From NCBI RefSeq assembly GCF_036321535.1, contig NC_087436.1, positions 85,872,001-85,936,000 of the forward strand: a stretch of 64,000 nucleotides of DNA. Direction: 5' to 3'. Source of the stretch: Camelus dromedarius. Taxonomy: Eukaryota. The notes under the pieces were generated by a model. It was not told the origin of the DNA, ran no database searches, and saw only the letters and a list, made by a program, of their open reading frames with translations. The first letter of the stretch is position 1, and every line of letters begins with the position of its first letter. The translations under genes and the position numbers were made by a program. Shown in pieces: positions 48,041 to 61,666 of this stretch.

Positions 48041-50149
48041 TGATGAGAACTGGCTGTACTGATGCTTACGTGTCAGCTTCCATGAATCAAGAAGCCTGCT
48101 TTAACCAGATCTCGCTCCAAAGAGTCTGCCTGGGATAATCTATTATTCCTCTCCAATCCCACCCTCTATCTCACGTCTGATTCTGGGCATGGTAAATACG
48201 CTTCATTGGATCTCAGATGTTGAATCCAGTTCACTGATGGTAGCTTCTTAGAGCACTGGGTTGAAATGGACTGTGATGTTGAGTCTGAGTTCAGTGTGGA
48301 AAGAAATGCTGTGATTGATTATCAGTGTCTGCCATGGGTACAGGAAGAGGAAGTGGTAGGAAGCCTCTCAGATACTACGGATCCTTACCTCATTTCTGAG
48401 CACCTTGGACCGGAGAGTGCCTTGGTCATCCTTACATCATAGTCTTTTCAATATACCTGGGGATCAGAAAAGTTTGTTGAATAAGGTGAACACTAAACAA
48501 ATGGCTCTAGCTTTTCACTACTATCACCTCCATTAGCTTGAAGAAAATTTTTGTTTTCCAAAAAAGAAGCCTGATCACAGAGGGCTGCCGAGAGGGCTTC
48601 AGAGTTGGATCAGCAGGTCTGACCAGGTGGGTCAAGTTGAAGATGGGAATATTGAAGGAGGATTGTGGAGAAAGGTAAGACTGAAGCAAGCCCGAGAGGA
48701 GGACGTAGGGAAAGTTAATGGTAGGACTTGTGTGGGACACAAACTGAAGTCTGGCAAACTGTAAGTCAACTTGTAACCATGGTGACTGCACTGAATTCTT
48801 TGAATTAAATAAAGGAATATTTTATATGCTCTTAAATCAATATTTCTTTTTAAAAAATGTTGGATAACACAGATATTTCTGTGACTGTAAAAGGCTTTAA
48901 AATTAGGTCGCTCTTTGGTGTTCATTTTTGCTACCCTGGAATGTGTGATTCTAAGCTGGATGAAAGCAGCTGGTTCGTAAGAAAAACTTATCTTGTTTGG
49001 TTTGGCTAGACAAACACCTATGAAGCTTAGGGATTTGTAGAAATATGAAAAAAAAGATTTTGAAGATCAGATCAAGGAGTCAAACCTTCCAATTTGAAGA
49101 TCAGAAAATATTTCCATTTCGTTTTTGGACACAATTTCCATGTTTCTAGTCCATCTTCCACTACCAATGTGCCATGTAGATGATCTTGTCTTTTTCATAC
49201 TGAAGTACATTGATATGAATTGAGTTTTAGAAATGTAAGATTGGTCGTGCCCTCTTGAGCTAAGCCAAGATTCCTTGTGTGCTATAAAACTGAAACTAGG
49301 AATGACTGTAAGCAGTGTGCATACATATAAAACAAGTTTGCGTTTAAGCATATGCATTATAATTAATGTATAATTACAATCTAATGTCTGCCATTAACTG
49401 TTGAGTAATGCTCATCATTCACTGTAAACAGGCAACAGAAAACACCCACTCAAGTTTTTAAGCACACCTTTGATTCCCCGATGCTTTTATGCCTGGCTCA
49501 GTAAATTAAACCATTTAGAGTTCTCCTTTAGATAAGAGAGATTTTCTTGCCACTTATTTTGTAACGAACATTCGTCAGTCCTTGACTGATGCTGGATATG
49601 AAGTTGCCCATTAACTATGTATTAAGTAGTGCCTGCTGTGTTTACAGAGCACAGCGGTCCAAGGGAAGCTTTGGTGGAAATTAAGAGCCCAGTAAACAGA
49701 GTTCCTCTTCCATGATCAACTTCTGAGCCATTTGAGAAGTCAGACAAAAGCATAAGGCAGCCAGGTAATGAAATCTTTTTTTCACTGATAAAGCTAATAT
49801 TGGAGAATGTGGCTTATATATGCAAGCAGTTGGGTATTTTGAGACTAGATTCCAGAATTAGAAAATCAGATCACTCAGTCATGGACAAGCCTGGATGACC
49901 AAAGATGTGGCCCCTCTGAAGCTGACAAGTGTGCAGGAGCACAGAAGTGTCTGTGTCCCTGCAGAAGAGATAGGAGCTGGGCCCCAAGCGTCATCTTCCA
50001 AAAGGACCAATCAGATGACGTCTTTCTTCACATCTCTTTTTCAATGTAGCCCTGTGAAACTGTGACAAGGGGACAGTGCCCAGATCCAGATTCAGAAGGA
50101 CAGCAGAAGGGCATCAAAATACGAAGAAAAATCAGAACATGCGGGAAAT

Positions 50150-50300
50150 ACATCATTCTTTTGAAGACAGGTTCCATGAGGGCAGGGATTTTGTCCACAA
50201 ATTTTTTCCTGCAGCAGTTTGTTTGCAGCTATGTTCCCAATACTTTGGAAAGCTACCTGGCACAGGAAAGGTGTTCAATAAATATTCATCGAATGAACGA
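50150..50300 (+). mobile_element. L2 3' end
   Basis: 'ttccatgagggcagggattttgtc...cctggcacagg...ttcaataaatattcatcgaatgaa'. Confidence 0.75.
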
Positions 50301-50746
50301 ATAGGGAGGAGGAAGTGAGTAGGCAGAGGGGCGACCCCAGGGTAACACACGTGGAGCTCCCTCTTCGTGGAAAGAAATATTGTCCATCCATCATGCACTT
50401 GAGAGATAATAAAATAATAATAATGATGATGATGATCATTGCCATCCTAGGAAAGTCATTTTTGATTTGACAACTTTGCCGTTATGTGATGTCACAGAGT
50501 TATTTATGGGCAAGGAGAAGGAATGGTCCTAATTGCCAATATTTATTGAACATATATATTAGGTGCCAGGCACTTTTCTAAGCTGTTTATGAGTACGAAC
50601 CCATCCAAACTTGGTAGCAATCCTTTGAAGTAGCTGCCATATTGGCCTAGGTTAGGGGTGTGCTGAAGATCAGGTCCAAGTGTAACAAGTTCAAGTATAG
50701 GCATTCTAGTCCCTGAGCTCATGCTGATAGTCACAACATTGCATTT

Positions 50747-50975
50747 TACAGTCGATCCTTGAACAACACGAGTTGGAACTATGTGGGTCCTGTTAATTGC
50801 AGATTTTTTTCCATAAATACATACTCCGGTATGACATGATATGTGGTTGGCTAATCTGCAGGTGCAGAGGAACCATGGATATGGAGGGGCGACTGTAAAT
50901 TTACATGTGGATTTTCAACTGGGGGATGGGGGGGTCAGTGCCCCTAACCCCCATGTTGTTCAAAGTTCAACTGTG
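50747..50975. mobile_element. MER8/Tigger2-type MITE
   Basis: Imperfect TIRs CAGTCGATCCTTGAACAACA and TGTTGTTCAAAGTTCAACTG; internal 'ggatatggaggggcgactgta'. Confidence 0.82.
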
Positions 50976-51019
50976 CATGTGAATTACCTCTCTCTCTCTC
51001 TGATCTTTCTATCTCTATC

Positions 51020-51190
51020 TCTTCTGGCCAAGTTTTCTTCCTCCCTGTGTGACTTAGTTTCCACATCTATAAATGGTGATAATAAAACACTTGATGTAGT
51101 GGAGCTAAGTCAGATAATGAGTGTTAAGCAATTAGCGAAATGCCTGGTACATGGTAAATGGCTGATAAATAGTAGTCATTGTCGTTATCT
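51020..51190 (+). mobile_element. MIR SINE
   Basis: 'agtttccacatctataaatggtgataataa...tgcctggtacatggtaaatgg...ataaatagtag'. Confidence 0.75.
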
Positions 51191-52224
51191 TTAATAATGA
51201 CACTGCCCCTGTTGCTGTCTTCGCGCCAGGCCTCACACCTCTGCAGACGGACTGCTCCTGGGTCCGGCCCCCACCCCGAACCAGTCAGCTGCAGCACGGA
51301 CGATGAGCCCCGTGCGAGGGAACCGTGGACTGGGTGGGTTCTGAACTCTGCTTTCTCCTAAATGCAAGGTCTGGCCTTCCATCCACAGTGAGCTCTGACT
51401 GCTGGTGGGCCTCACTTTCTATCTTATCAGGGAGGCCAACGCCTGCCCAGCTCCTGTTCTCAGGGAGGTCACAACGGTACACACCATGTTTTCTGTGATG
51501 GAGAAAAGGATGCGACCATCCTACAGGCTGTGGGGGTGGTGAGTGTGTGGAATGCAGCTATGTGAACTAAGCTCCTCTTAGGGTCAGAGAGAGCCCAACA
51601 GCCTACAATTCCCTTCCCTTTCCTGACAAAGCGCGGAACTCATGAGATATAAGACAAAGGAGCAAGGCAGTATCCCCTTTACTGATACGGGAGAATGTGG
51701 TTCACATAAGAGTTGAATTCTGAAATTAGGCGGACCAACCTACTCAGTCGAAGCCAGTGCTGGGACGGTGAGTCCCTAAGGGGATCAAGGTGATTCAAGT
51801 TAAGAGAGATGGTGCTCGTCAGGGCACAGATCTGTGCCTCAACGTATGTGAGCTGCTGTTGTTACTATTAAGAAATTTTATTTGACAGATTCAAATGCAG
51901 GAACTTGGGGTTGAGTGTAACATACAAATTGCCACTCTGTTCTAGGCTGTGACTTGAAAGCCTTGAATCCCTTGAACCTCGATTTCCAGTAACTTGGAGG
52001 ACGTGAAAGAAAAGTGCAGATTATGATAGTGAAGAAAGCTTAGACCCTTTCCTTAATGTGCTAATGCAGCCAAGCACTTTTTCCTCTGAATCTCTACAAG
52101 AAGCAGAAATGTCAGAAAAAGTACTGAAAATCTTTAGAGACATGTGATCCCAAAGAACTCACTCATCAAAGGTTATTATTAAGGGGAGGTTCAATCTGTT
52201 TTGTAGCAAGACTTTAAGGTAGCA

Positions 52225-52360
52225 TTTTTTTTCTCTCTCTCTTTCTTTCTTTTTCCTTTCTCTTTCTTCCTTCCTGCCTTCCTTCCTTCCTTCCTTTCTT
52301 TTTCTCTGTCCTTCCTTCCTCCCTCCCTCCTCCTTGCTTTCCTTCCTTTCCTCTTTTTTT
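52225..52360. repeat. Polypyrimidine low-complexity tract (CT/CCTT repeats)
   Basis: ~135 nt almost entirely C/T. Confidence 0.95.
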
Positions 52361-52874
52361 AGCTAAGGAGCTGTAAGCAGGACTAGATGGCTTAATGCCA
52401 GAAAGGCGCCAAGGTGAATCAGCACTGGTTCCCCTAAGGGAAAATGTAAAACTGCTAGTAACTTGTTTGCAAAGGTAGGAGAGGTGGAAAGTGTCTGCCT
52501 AACATCTCCTGCAAGCTGCAGCTTGTTTCTGTGAGGTGAGTGTTCTCCAAGCGCCAGAATACCGTGTGCACCTGCCGACTGTCCGTGGGCCGAGTTCACC
52601 AGACCTCACTGTCAATTACCACGTCTTTGGAAAGAAGCCGCAAGCCCGGGTCTCGTTTCCTGCACAGGGTGGGTGGGACTTGTTAGCAGTTGAGTGTTTC
52701 TCTCGTTCTGAGGACCTCATGGTCTGACAGGACAGAACCTGCCTGGAGGAGATGTCACAGGCAGGAGCGTAGCAGGACAGGGAACACAGGACGTTAGGAT
52801 CCTGATGATGCCACTTGGAGAAAGACTTCCCACCCGGAGTCATTTCATGTTTTCTATTCACTTCATACCTCGTA

Positions 52875-53392
52875 GGTCTATCAAAGATGTTCACTTATTC
52901 ATTTATATATTATCTGTCTTCCCCACAAGAACATGCAGTTGCATGAGACAAGGGCCTCATCCATCATGGTCATCTCTGCAACATCCATGTCTAGGGCTGG
53001 CCCTGACCCAGAGTCATCAGGAAACAAATATTTGCTGAGTGAATGATTGAAAAAATGAATCCTGTCTTCTGTGCTCACTTTACAAAGGAAGAAACAGTCA
53101 CAAAGGGACATGGTGACTTGACTGTAGTCACACGAGGGAGGGTGAACCTGGCCTGGAACCCAGTTCTGATGCCCAGCTCCACTCTCAGTCCTCACCTCCT
53201 TCTGGGCTTTGACCCAAAGTCACCTTCTCAGGAGGCCTTCCCTGGGGCCCCTGTGGAAAGAAAACTCCACCCGCTCCACCAGACAACATGCCACATTGCC
53301 TTCCTGGCTCTGTTTCCGTCCTGAGCACTTACCATGACTAACATACCCTGTATGTTTCCATCTTGTTCGTTGTTTGCCATCCCCTGCGGAAC
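52875..53392 (+). repeat. Inverted duplication, left arm (L2 end - MIR - L2 mosaic)
   Basis: Reverse complement of 54721-55244; 43-bp perfect match between 53091-53133 and 54992-55034. Confidence 0.9.
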
Positions 53393-53444
53393 ATAGGGCA
53401 GACGTTTTGTCTATGCTGTGTCTCCAGCAGCAGCAGCGCCAATG

Positions 53445-53650
53445 GCAATAATTCATGTTTACTGAGCACTTTCCATGTGTCAGACAATTTACGTGGATCA
53501 TCTCACTTAGGACACCTATCAACTCCATGAAGTAGCTGTGGTCAGTATGCCCATTTTACAGATGGGAAAACAGCTTAAATAAGTTAAGTCACCTGCCCCA
53601 ACTAGTAAATGACAGAGATGGGACAAGAAGCCAGTGCCTTAACCATGGTG
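53445..53650 (-). mobile_element. MIR SINE in the inverted-repeat spacer
   Basis: 'tttactgagcactttccatgtgtcag...cccattttacagatgggaaaac...gttaagtcacctgccc'. Confidence 0.8.
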
Positions 53651-54720
53651 CATATACTGCCTCCCACCGGGGCCCTAGTCGGGGCAGGTGCTGGAGGTCT
53701 AGGGCCCGCAGTGCCCGGTGGTGGGGGGTGGGAGGGAGCAGTGTATCCAACACCCACATTGTTCCTCCATAGGCAGCTGCTCTCTTCCCGTGACCCAGCT
53801 GTGCTCAGAGGAATTGAATAAAACTGCAAGTCAGCCTGGATGGGGAGACTCTCCTCCTACTCCCCGGGCAGAAAACAGCTCACACGCAGGGACCCTGAAG
53901 CTCCTGTCCTGCCCTTTCAAGGGGGCATTTCACCTGGTCATGTGACAGCACTGGCCTCTAAACAGGAAGACAAGGAGGCAGCCTGCCATGAACTCCCTCG
54001 GCCTCACGGCCTCGCTTTCTCAGAAGCCCGGCTTCCCAACCTACTTCGCCTTTGCAGATGTTCCCAGAGCCCAGCCTGTTACCGCTTTCCCTTTGCCACG
54101 ATGAACAGACTGTCTCCAGCCCTCAGAGTCAAGTGTGCATGACCTGGCTCAGATGTCAAGGCCAGGGCAGGGACTGAAGGGGAGCAGGAAGGTGCCTTCT
54201 CACTCGTCCCCTAACATGCTCCACACTGATGTAATGTCTACTTCCTCAGCCCTCATTTCCAAGGGCTTTCCATGTTTCCTTGGATTCTTAGACCCAAGGA
54301 CGCTATTGTGAATCCTCCTAGAGACAGTTAAGAGCAAGAGAGAAATCGTGTTTATTGAGCACCTACTATGTAACAGACACATGCTGGGGGTGTCTACAGA
54401 AACAGTGTCATTTAATCATCATGACATCCTGTTCCGTAGACGAGAGAACCAAGACTCAGAAAAACCTGCCCAAAGGCCAAAGGTACTGAGAACACAAGTT
54501 TAGTTCTAAACATCTCTCTCTACTAGCCCCTCATTTGAGTTGCATCCAACTTGTGGAAACTGGGTCCTAATGTGTCCCTCAAGGCTGAGGGCCAAAGTCT
54601 TGCCTGTTCATTGCTCAGTAGCAAATATTTATTATCAACTACATGCTGGGTGTTGTGCTGGGTGCTGGGGATGCAGCAGTAAACACAACAGACCCAAATG
54701 CCTACTCTTATGCATGCTGT

Positions 54721-55244
54721 GTTCCACAAGGAGGGGACACACAATGAACAAGGTAAAATATAGAGAGTCATGATGTGTTCATGGGTTGGGGAGAGCACAG
54801 AATAGAACTACGAAAAGAATGTGGAATGTTGGCTGGTGGAAGGATTGGAGTTTTTTTTCCCCACGGTGTGGGGGGCAGAGAAGGCCCCCTGAGAAGGTGA
54901 CTTTGGGTTAAAACCCAGAAGGAGGTGAGGACTGAGAGTGGTGCTGGGAGTCAGAAGACCTGGTTTCCAGGCCAAGGTTCACCCTCCCCCTGTGTGACTA
55001 CAGTCAAGTCACCATGTCCCTTTGTGACTGTTTCCTCCCTTGTAAAATGAGCACAGAGGACAAGATTCATTTTTTTCAATCATTCATTCAGCAAATATTT
55101 ATTTCCTGATTATTAGGAGCCAGGTATTGTCCTCAAAGTAGAGACTGCAGAGTTGCACATGACAAATGAGGTCTCTGTCTTCATGGAGCCTCATGTTCTT
55201 GTAGGGAGACAAACAAAAATGAATGAATGAATAAACGATAGACC
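54721..55244 (-). repeat. Inverted duplication, right arm
   Basis: Reverse complement aligns to 52875-53392; core 54880-55110 about 90% identical by manual alignment. Confidence 0.9.
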
Positions 55245-56489
55245 CAAGAGCTGTGACGTTCATTAAATATGCAAATGACTCTGGATGGAAGGTAATTCTT
55301 TGCATGAGATAGTCAGGGATCCTAACATCCTGTATTCTCGCTCCTATATTCTCCCTGTGGACCAGGACCAGAAAGGGGCTGCCAGGCTGGGGCTGCCAGG
55401 CTTGGCCTGGGCTAGTCTCAGATGGGGAAACAGCCATTGCAGAGAACCATGGGAACTATGAAGGCATTACAGGGACCAGAGCTCTCCCTCGTCCCTGGGG
55501 TCTTGGAACCTCCCTGGTCCTTTCACATCTCAACGACATTTATAGTCTGCAGAGTCAGAAGGTGGGAAGCCATTGTTAATGGGATTCCATCTCATAACTG
55601 CCATCCATCAGTTGCCTTCTTTCAGCCTGACATTTTCACATTCTTTCCAGGTTTTTTTTTTTCTTCTCATTTGTCTCTACTCCACGTCGTCAGAAAGCTA
55701 TGCTTCTGATTATTCTTCTCGTGACAGTTACAATATTCCCTCCTTGCTGAATCTCAGGCCTTTGATTTTGCTGCCTGATGCCCTAAGTTATACTAGCCTG
55801 GTTTGTATTCTTCTCTTTGCAGCCACAGTGGCTCCCACTGCAGGCCTGGCTGCCACTTCATTAGCAAGCTGCTGACACCCCTTCCAGGTCATTAATAAAG
55901 ATGGTAAATGAGAAAAAGCCCAGTCCCAGCCCCCCGGTACCCCTGCAGACACCTCCCTGGTGGGTAATTGCTGTTTATTGTGCTGCTCTGTTTATCATCT
56001 TTTAGCCAAATGTGACTCTGTTATTCTCTTAACTAACTTTAACAGATTTTTCAAGATTTCTCATGAGGCAGATATTCACTTGGAGGCTTAATAACACCAA
56101 GGGCTAGAGAAACTTACTTCATGGGTGGAATTGTGCCCAGGACTGGACAAGTTAAAACTCTCCCAGATGCTTCTTGACCCCATGGATGCATTGGCCCTGG
56201 GCCTGCCTTTAGTGGCATCCAGGCTCACGTCAACTCTGGCCACCACAGGAACTTACTGGTCTTATTTTTCAAGGCCCCTTGATTAAGATCTTTATGCCTT
56301 CTAAAGTCTAGTTATTATTTTAAAAAATTAATATAAACTAATGAGAAGAAGCTTTCATCCTCCCTTGCCTTTAATATATGTGTTCATTTTAGTGATGCAC
56401 TTCTACTGAATTCTATCCAACACAGAATGTTTCCTGAGGGCCTCTGCAATGTATCAGATGTTTTTTAGACATAGAAGCATGAAGACAAT

Positions 56490-57175
56490 AAGATGCTTCC
56501 ACTTCTGGTGGGAGTGTAAGCTCCTAGCCGACCACTTCTCTCACAGACCACAACTATAGACTCTGGGTAAAGCAAAACAAAACACAGCAACAACAATGAT
56601 TTGAAGAAACTGAAGAGTGAACAAGAGCAGGAAGCTTCTAGAAAGGGATTGACACTTGGAAGAAGAAAACAGCACTGGATGAGTTTCCTATTTTAATGGC
56701 TTCTAGACTGGAGGTGCCAAGAGGGGTGGAAAGGCTAAAATATTATTTTTAAAAAATCACTGGTGAGTGACAGGGGGAGCACAAAAAGGAAAGAATTAGA
56801 GAGAGAAAGAGAGAGAGAGAGAGCCTAAATCCTGTATGTAAACTCTGCCTGAGTCTCTATCTGCCTCCTGAACAATGCATGTGTCGTGTAGATAGTAGAC
56901 AGATCAACTAAGGATGAAGGAACTGAACACAGATTTGAGTTGCTGCCCAAAAGACAGAGTTTGCATGTTGAATCCAGCTAAGTAAATTCCCTGCTAAAAC
57001 AAAGTCAATACTCTTTAGAGGAATATAGCTTAACCCAGAGTCACCACAATATAACATTCACATTGTCCAGGATATGATCCTACAAAATTACTTGACATAT
57101 GAAGAAACAGGAAAATGTGAATTATTCTCAAGAGAAAAGGACAACAAATGGAAACTGACCCTAAAGGGATCCAAA
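56490..57175 (+). mobile_element. Ancient L1M 5' region remnant
   Basis: 'cttccacttctgg', 'gatttgagttgctgccca', 'ataacattcacattgtccaggata...aaaattacttgacatatgaagaaacaggaaaatgtga'. Confidence 0.65.
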
Positions 57176-59666
57176 GATAATAAAGTGTGTTAAATAAATT
57201 ATTAGAATGCAATAAAAACTATGCCTAATTATAGTCCTAAAGTAATGTACTCAACACAGAGGAGCTGAGAATGACCTGGAAAATAATTGATGGATTTTAA
57301 AAATCAAAGTGATTTTGAAAATCTCTAGTGGTCCAAAGAATAGAAACATCCAGTTTGTGATTTTATTACATTTAAAATTTCTTCAGATTCTAGTGGGAAA
57401 CCTTTGCATAGGCCATTCCAACTGTGCTTGCACTGCTAGAAGCACTTTACAATTATTTTTTGGATGGAATAGATTTATGTGAGCACTTCAAACAAACAGC
57501 AGTACTTATAGGTTGAAATAAAATAAAATTTTAATAAGAAAAAAAGAGCTAGGAAATGTTCCTCCTAAGAGTTAGCATTTGAGCTGGAGTTAGAGTCTTA
57601 GGACTTGAAAGATGAATAAGAGTTAAATAAAACAGAGAAAAAGAGAGGACTATGAGGAAGTACATGTGGGAAGAGAGGGGGGTATTTTAGACAAAGGAAA
57701 TAGATGGTGTCTTGGGAAAAACACAAGAACAGCTGAAGTCCTCCTACCCTATGTTAATTGGGTCATCAAAAATATTGGTGAAAGTGAAGAGCTATAGAAA
57801 ATTATTTTTACATGCCTTAAGCATTTTATTCAAATTTAAAACATATGAGAGAGTGCTATTTCACTAACCTATTGATTTTATCCCCAGACCTTGTCTTGTG
57901 ATTAGTGTTCCATGTTAAATTTCTTCTATAAATGGTCCCATATTGCATTGTACACTATTTCTGGTTTTGATTTCTTTAAGTGAAATGAAAACTTTAAAAG
58001 ACTTATAAGGAACTTTAAACAGAAATTACACTTTTTAATATCCTTCCCCACCAGCTTTCCAGTTGCTTTGTTCACACCTAATCCACCAGCATTGTAGGAC
58101 AACTCGTCTTAGTGAATCTGTTCAAAACATTCAACCTAGTTTTCATAGAAATGGTGATTTCTCTCTGATATGGCATCTCACTGTGTAATCTTTATATACA
58201 AATTAATTACATAATAGCAATAACAGATACAGAGACAGTGGCCTCTTGGTAAACAGGCAACTTGACTTGTGAGAACAGAAGAGTATGTACCCATGAGAGA
58301 ATCACCAAACTTCTTTAGTGCTACTGAATGGAGAGCTTTGATCATTTGGGTGAAGAGCAGATGTCCTAATTTTGTGTGCTTGCTGCTTGGCCCAAATACC
58401 TCTCTGATATTGTCTAACTCAGAACAATTATTCTAACATTACAAATTCCAGCTAGGAGAAACACAAGCGTCAGTAGGGTAGACATACAAAAGAAGTCCGA
58501 TCTAACAGAACACCACAATCACTCCACCCAGATGGATCCTTATCTAAAATTCTGTCAAAAACTGGTCATTTCTAGGTCATCTCTGTCCTCGCCAATTTCC
58601 TTCTTCAGAAACATCTCCATCAACTGTAGTTCTATTCCCTGATTTCCTGTTCTCAGAGAATAATGTTGAGTTGCTATTGTAAGTATAAGATGAGTTCCGG
58701 AAATTTAGTAAACATTGAATGGCCGGAGTTAAGCATTTCCTCAAAACCAATTTAGAAAAGTCATTTAAAATTCAGTTGAAATGTTTCATTAACAATTTGG
58801 ATTGGCAATCACATGTCAACAGCCTTCCACAGCTACCGACATTGAGGAGCTCAGTTGAAAAAATCTCTCAGTGCATGTTTTCTTGAGTGTGGCCTAGTTT
58901 AGGTTATTTATTGGTTAGGACAGGGAATCAAAATGGAATAAATATCATTTTCAGACTAATGGTTCAAATAAAAGATAATAAGTGAAATAAGGCCATATTT
59001 CCAGCAAAAATAAATCCCAGAAGATGGCTAAGGTAAAATAAGGATTTATTTACATGTCTATCTTGGCTGACTAGTTTAAACTGATTTGGGTAATCAAGTG
59101 AAAAATGAGTAAGAACTAATGAAGACTTAGTGAATGCTTTCTAAATGGACTGAGCTGGTAAATTACCCCCATAGATCTGTTTTTCCTTTGATATGATATT
59201 GTGCTCTTCTGAGCTTTGCTACTGTAGTCATTTTCATTGTAGATCTAAATAATGACATGAACGCTCTCATTTTTCTAACTTCTGAGCTTGGTCATCAACC
59301 AATAGTTATTGAACACCTACTCAGTGCCAAATGCTGGATGAGATACTGATCATATGTTTATTAAGATGATTATTCTCTGACCCTAATTCCTTTGTAACCA
59401 TCAGATCAGTTAAAGAAGAGTTTTACAATATTCTCTGAGTGTCTCAGACTTCTAGAGTAAACATTTGTTTGATCACATATGGGGCCTAATTCTTACCACA
59501 AATAAACAGGGCTTCCAGTTGTAACAGAACTGCCTTGTCAGAATCCATTTCCTCGTTGCCATATGAGGCAGAGGGCATAACAAACACCTTTAGGTAGGCT
59601 TTTTATTTGAGATCAGGGAGGGACTGAGCCATGTACATCTTCTCATGATTTTGAAGATATCATTTA

Positions 59667-59847
59667 TTTTTAAAATTAAAAAAATTAAACTATAGTCAAT
59701 TTACAATATTGTGTTAGTTTCTGGTGTATAACATAGTGATTTAGTTATACATATATATTCCTTTTCATATTTTTTTTCATTATAGGCCGTTACAAGGTAC
59801 TGAATATAGTTCCCTGTGCTATATAGCAGGACCTTGCTGTTTATCTG
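59667..59847 (-). mobile_element. Short L1 3' end insertion with a 14-bp TSD
   Basis: GAAGATATCATTTA at 59653-59666 and 59848-59861; body 'atttacaatattgtgttagtttctggtgtata...tgaatatagttccctgtgctat'. Confidence 0.92.
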
Positions 59848-60259
59848 GAAGATATCATTTAAAAATCTAGGTCAGTATTTTTACAGTATTACATTATTCA
59901 ATATTGGACCATTGTTTTTTCATTAACATGTCTGTTGAAAGTTCTCAATTTGTTAATGATCATTAGTCTTTATCTTACTAAACTTACCTACTATTAACCC
60001 ACATGAACCTTCCTACCTTCTTGAAAGACTCCCATCCTTTCTTTTCTTTCGTTCCACACTCTCTTGTCACTGTTGTTGTTTAGCAGGGTTATGGAGGTAT
60101 CTTTTATATATCATAAAAATCACCTACTTCAACTGTCCAATTCGGTGCTTTTTAGTAAGTTTACTAAGTGATGTAACCATCACCATAAGTCAGTTTTACA
60201 ACATTTTCATTCCCCTCAACAAGATCCATTTACTTTGGTTAATCCCCTTTCTCACCTCA

Positions 60260-61430
60260 GCCCCGTCTCTCTTGATTTTCCTCCCTGACTACTCCATCAC
60301 TCCTTTGCAGGCTCATGCTCTTCTACTGGGTCATTAAATATTTACATTTCTCAGGGTAACTCATGGGCCCTCTCCTCTTCTCACTCTGTAACTCTCCCCT
60401 TGGAGGACCTCATTGTGACCATGGCCTCAGTTACCACCCACATTCAGATAGCTCTAGACATCTCCATGCTGCTCCAAATCTGTATCTCCAAAGGATCTAC
60501 TAGACATCTGCATTATAGATGTTGAAAATGTACTTTAACTCCACATATCGAAATCCAGACTCATCGCGTCTGCCCCACTTCTGGTTCTCAGTCTTAGTAA
60601 GCAGAGAAATGATCAATTCAATCTCCAAAGCCAAAAATCTCAGGGTCATCCTTGACAAGGCCCCTCCTTCTTGCTACCCCTATATGTAATGCATCATCAG
60701 GTATCTTCAATTTTCTATCCTAAACATCTCTTCAATGTACCTCCTTAACCTCATCACTCCTGCCATTATCCTTGTCCAGGATTCCATTATTTCTCACCTG
60801 GAATATGCAATAATAGCCTTAAACTTGTATCCTTATCTCCTCTCTTCCTCTTCCAATCAGTTCTCTATATTGTAGCCAACGTGAATTTTCTTTTGAAGAA
60901 AGCACAAATATGATCCAATAGTCTTCTGCACCTCTTAGACTAATATAAATGTATTAACATAGCTCGTTGAGTGCCACCACCCCTGCCCCATGTTCCCCCG
61001 CTGTACAGCCCACCTTTAATTTTCTTAAAAGAACATGTGTTACTATACATTGCAGGACTATGCACACTTGTTCTCTCTGCTTAAACCTCCTCTATCACCC
61101 ACTTGGCATTCACCACGTTAAACTCCTACCAGTCCTTCAGAATTAGTGCAGTCCATACTTTCTCATTGACACCTCTCCCACCCGTCGGCTGTCTGTCTAG
61201 ATCAAATCATTAATTTATGTTTTCTTAGCACCCTCTGCTTTCCCTTTATAAAATCTACTATAGTTTGTAATTATATGCTTCTGTATGGCAATTTGATTAA
61301 TATCTGTTTTTTCTTCTAGACTGTAGTGCCATGAAGACAGTAGCCATGTCTGTTTCTGTTTATCAGCTGACATAACATACAGGAGGTACCCAGTATGTTT
61401 TGTTATATGAATAAGGAATGAATAAAATGA
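60260..61430 (+). mobile_element. Long L2 fragment including the 3' end
   Basis: 'gggccctctcctcttctcactct', 'tctactagacatct', 'gtcatccttgac', 'ccattatttctcacctgga', terminal 'tgaataaggaatgaataaa'. Confidence 0.8.
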
Positions 61431-61666
61431 GCAAAACCAATAAAACCAAGCAGCATATAATGGCTAAGATCTGCCAGTTGCTTACACTGTATATACTCCC
61501 TGCATCACCACCTCAGATCTCTAAAATGGCTTTATTTCATATATAATGTGTTTTTATGCAGAAAGAAGGACTGAGTTTAAATTCAGAGGTTATATCTTGA
61601 CTCAGGCATGTCATGGAGTCAAACTCTTGTTACTTTTCTGTGAACATCTCTTTAACTGTGACATGT

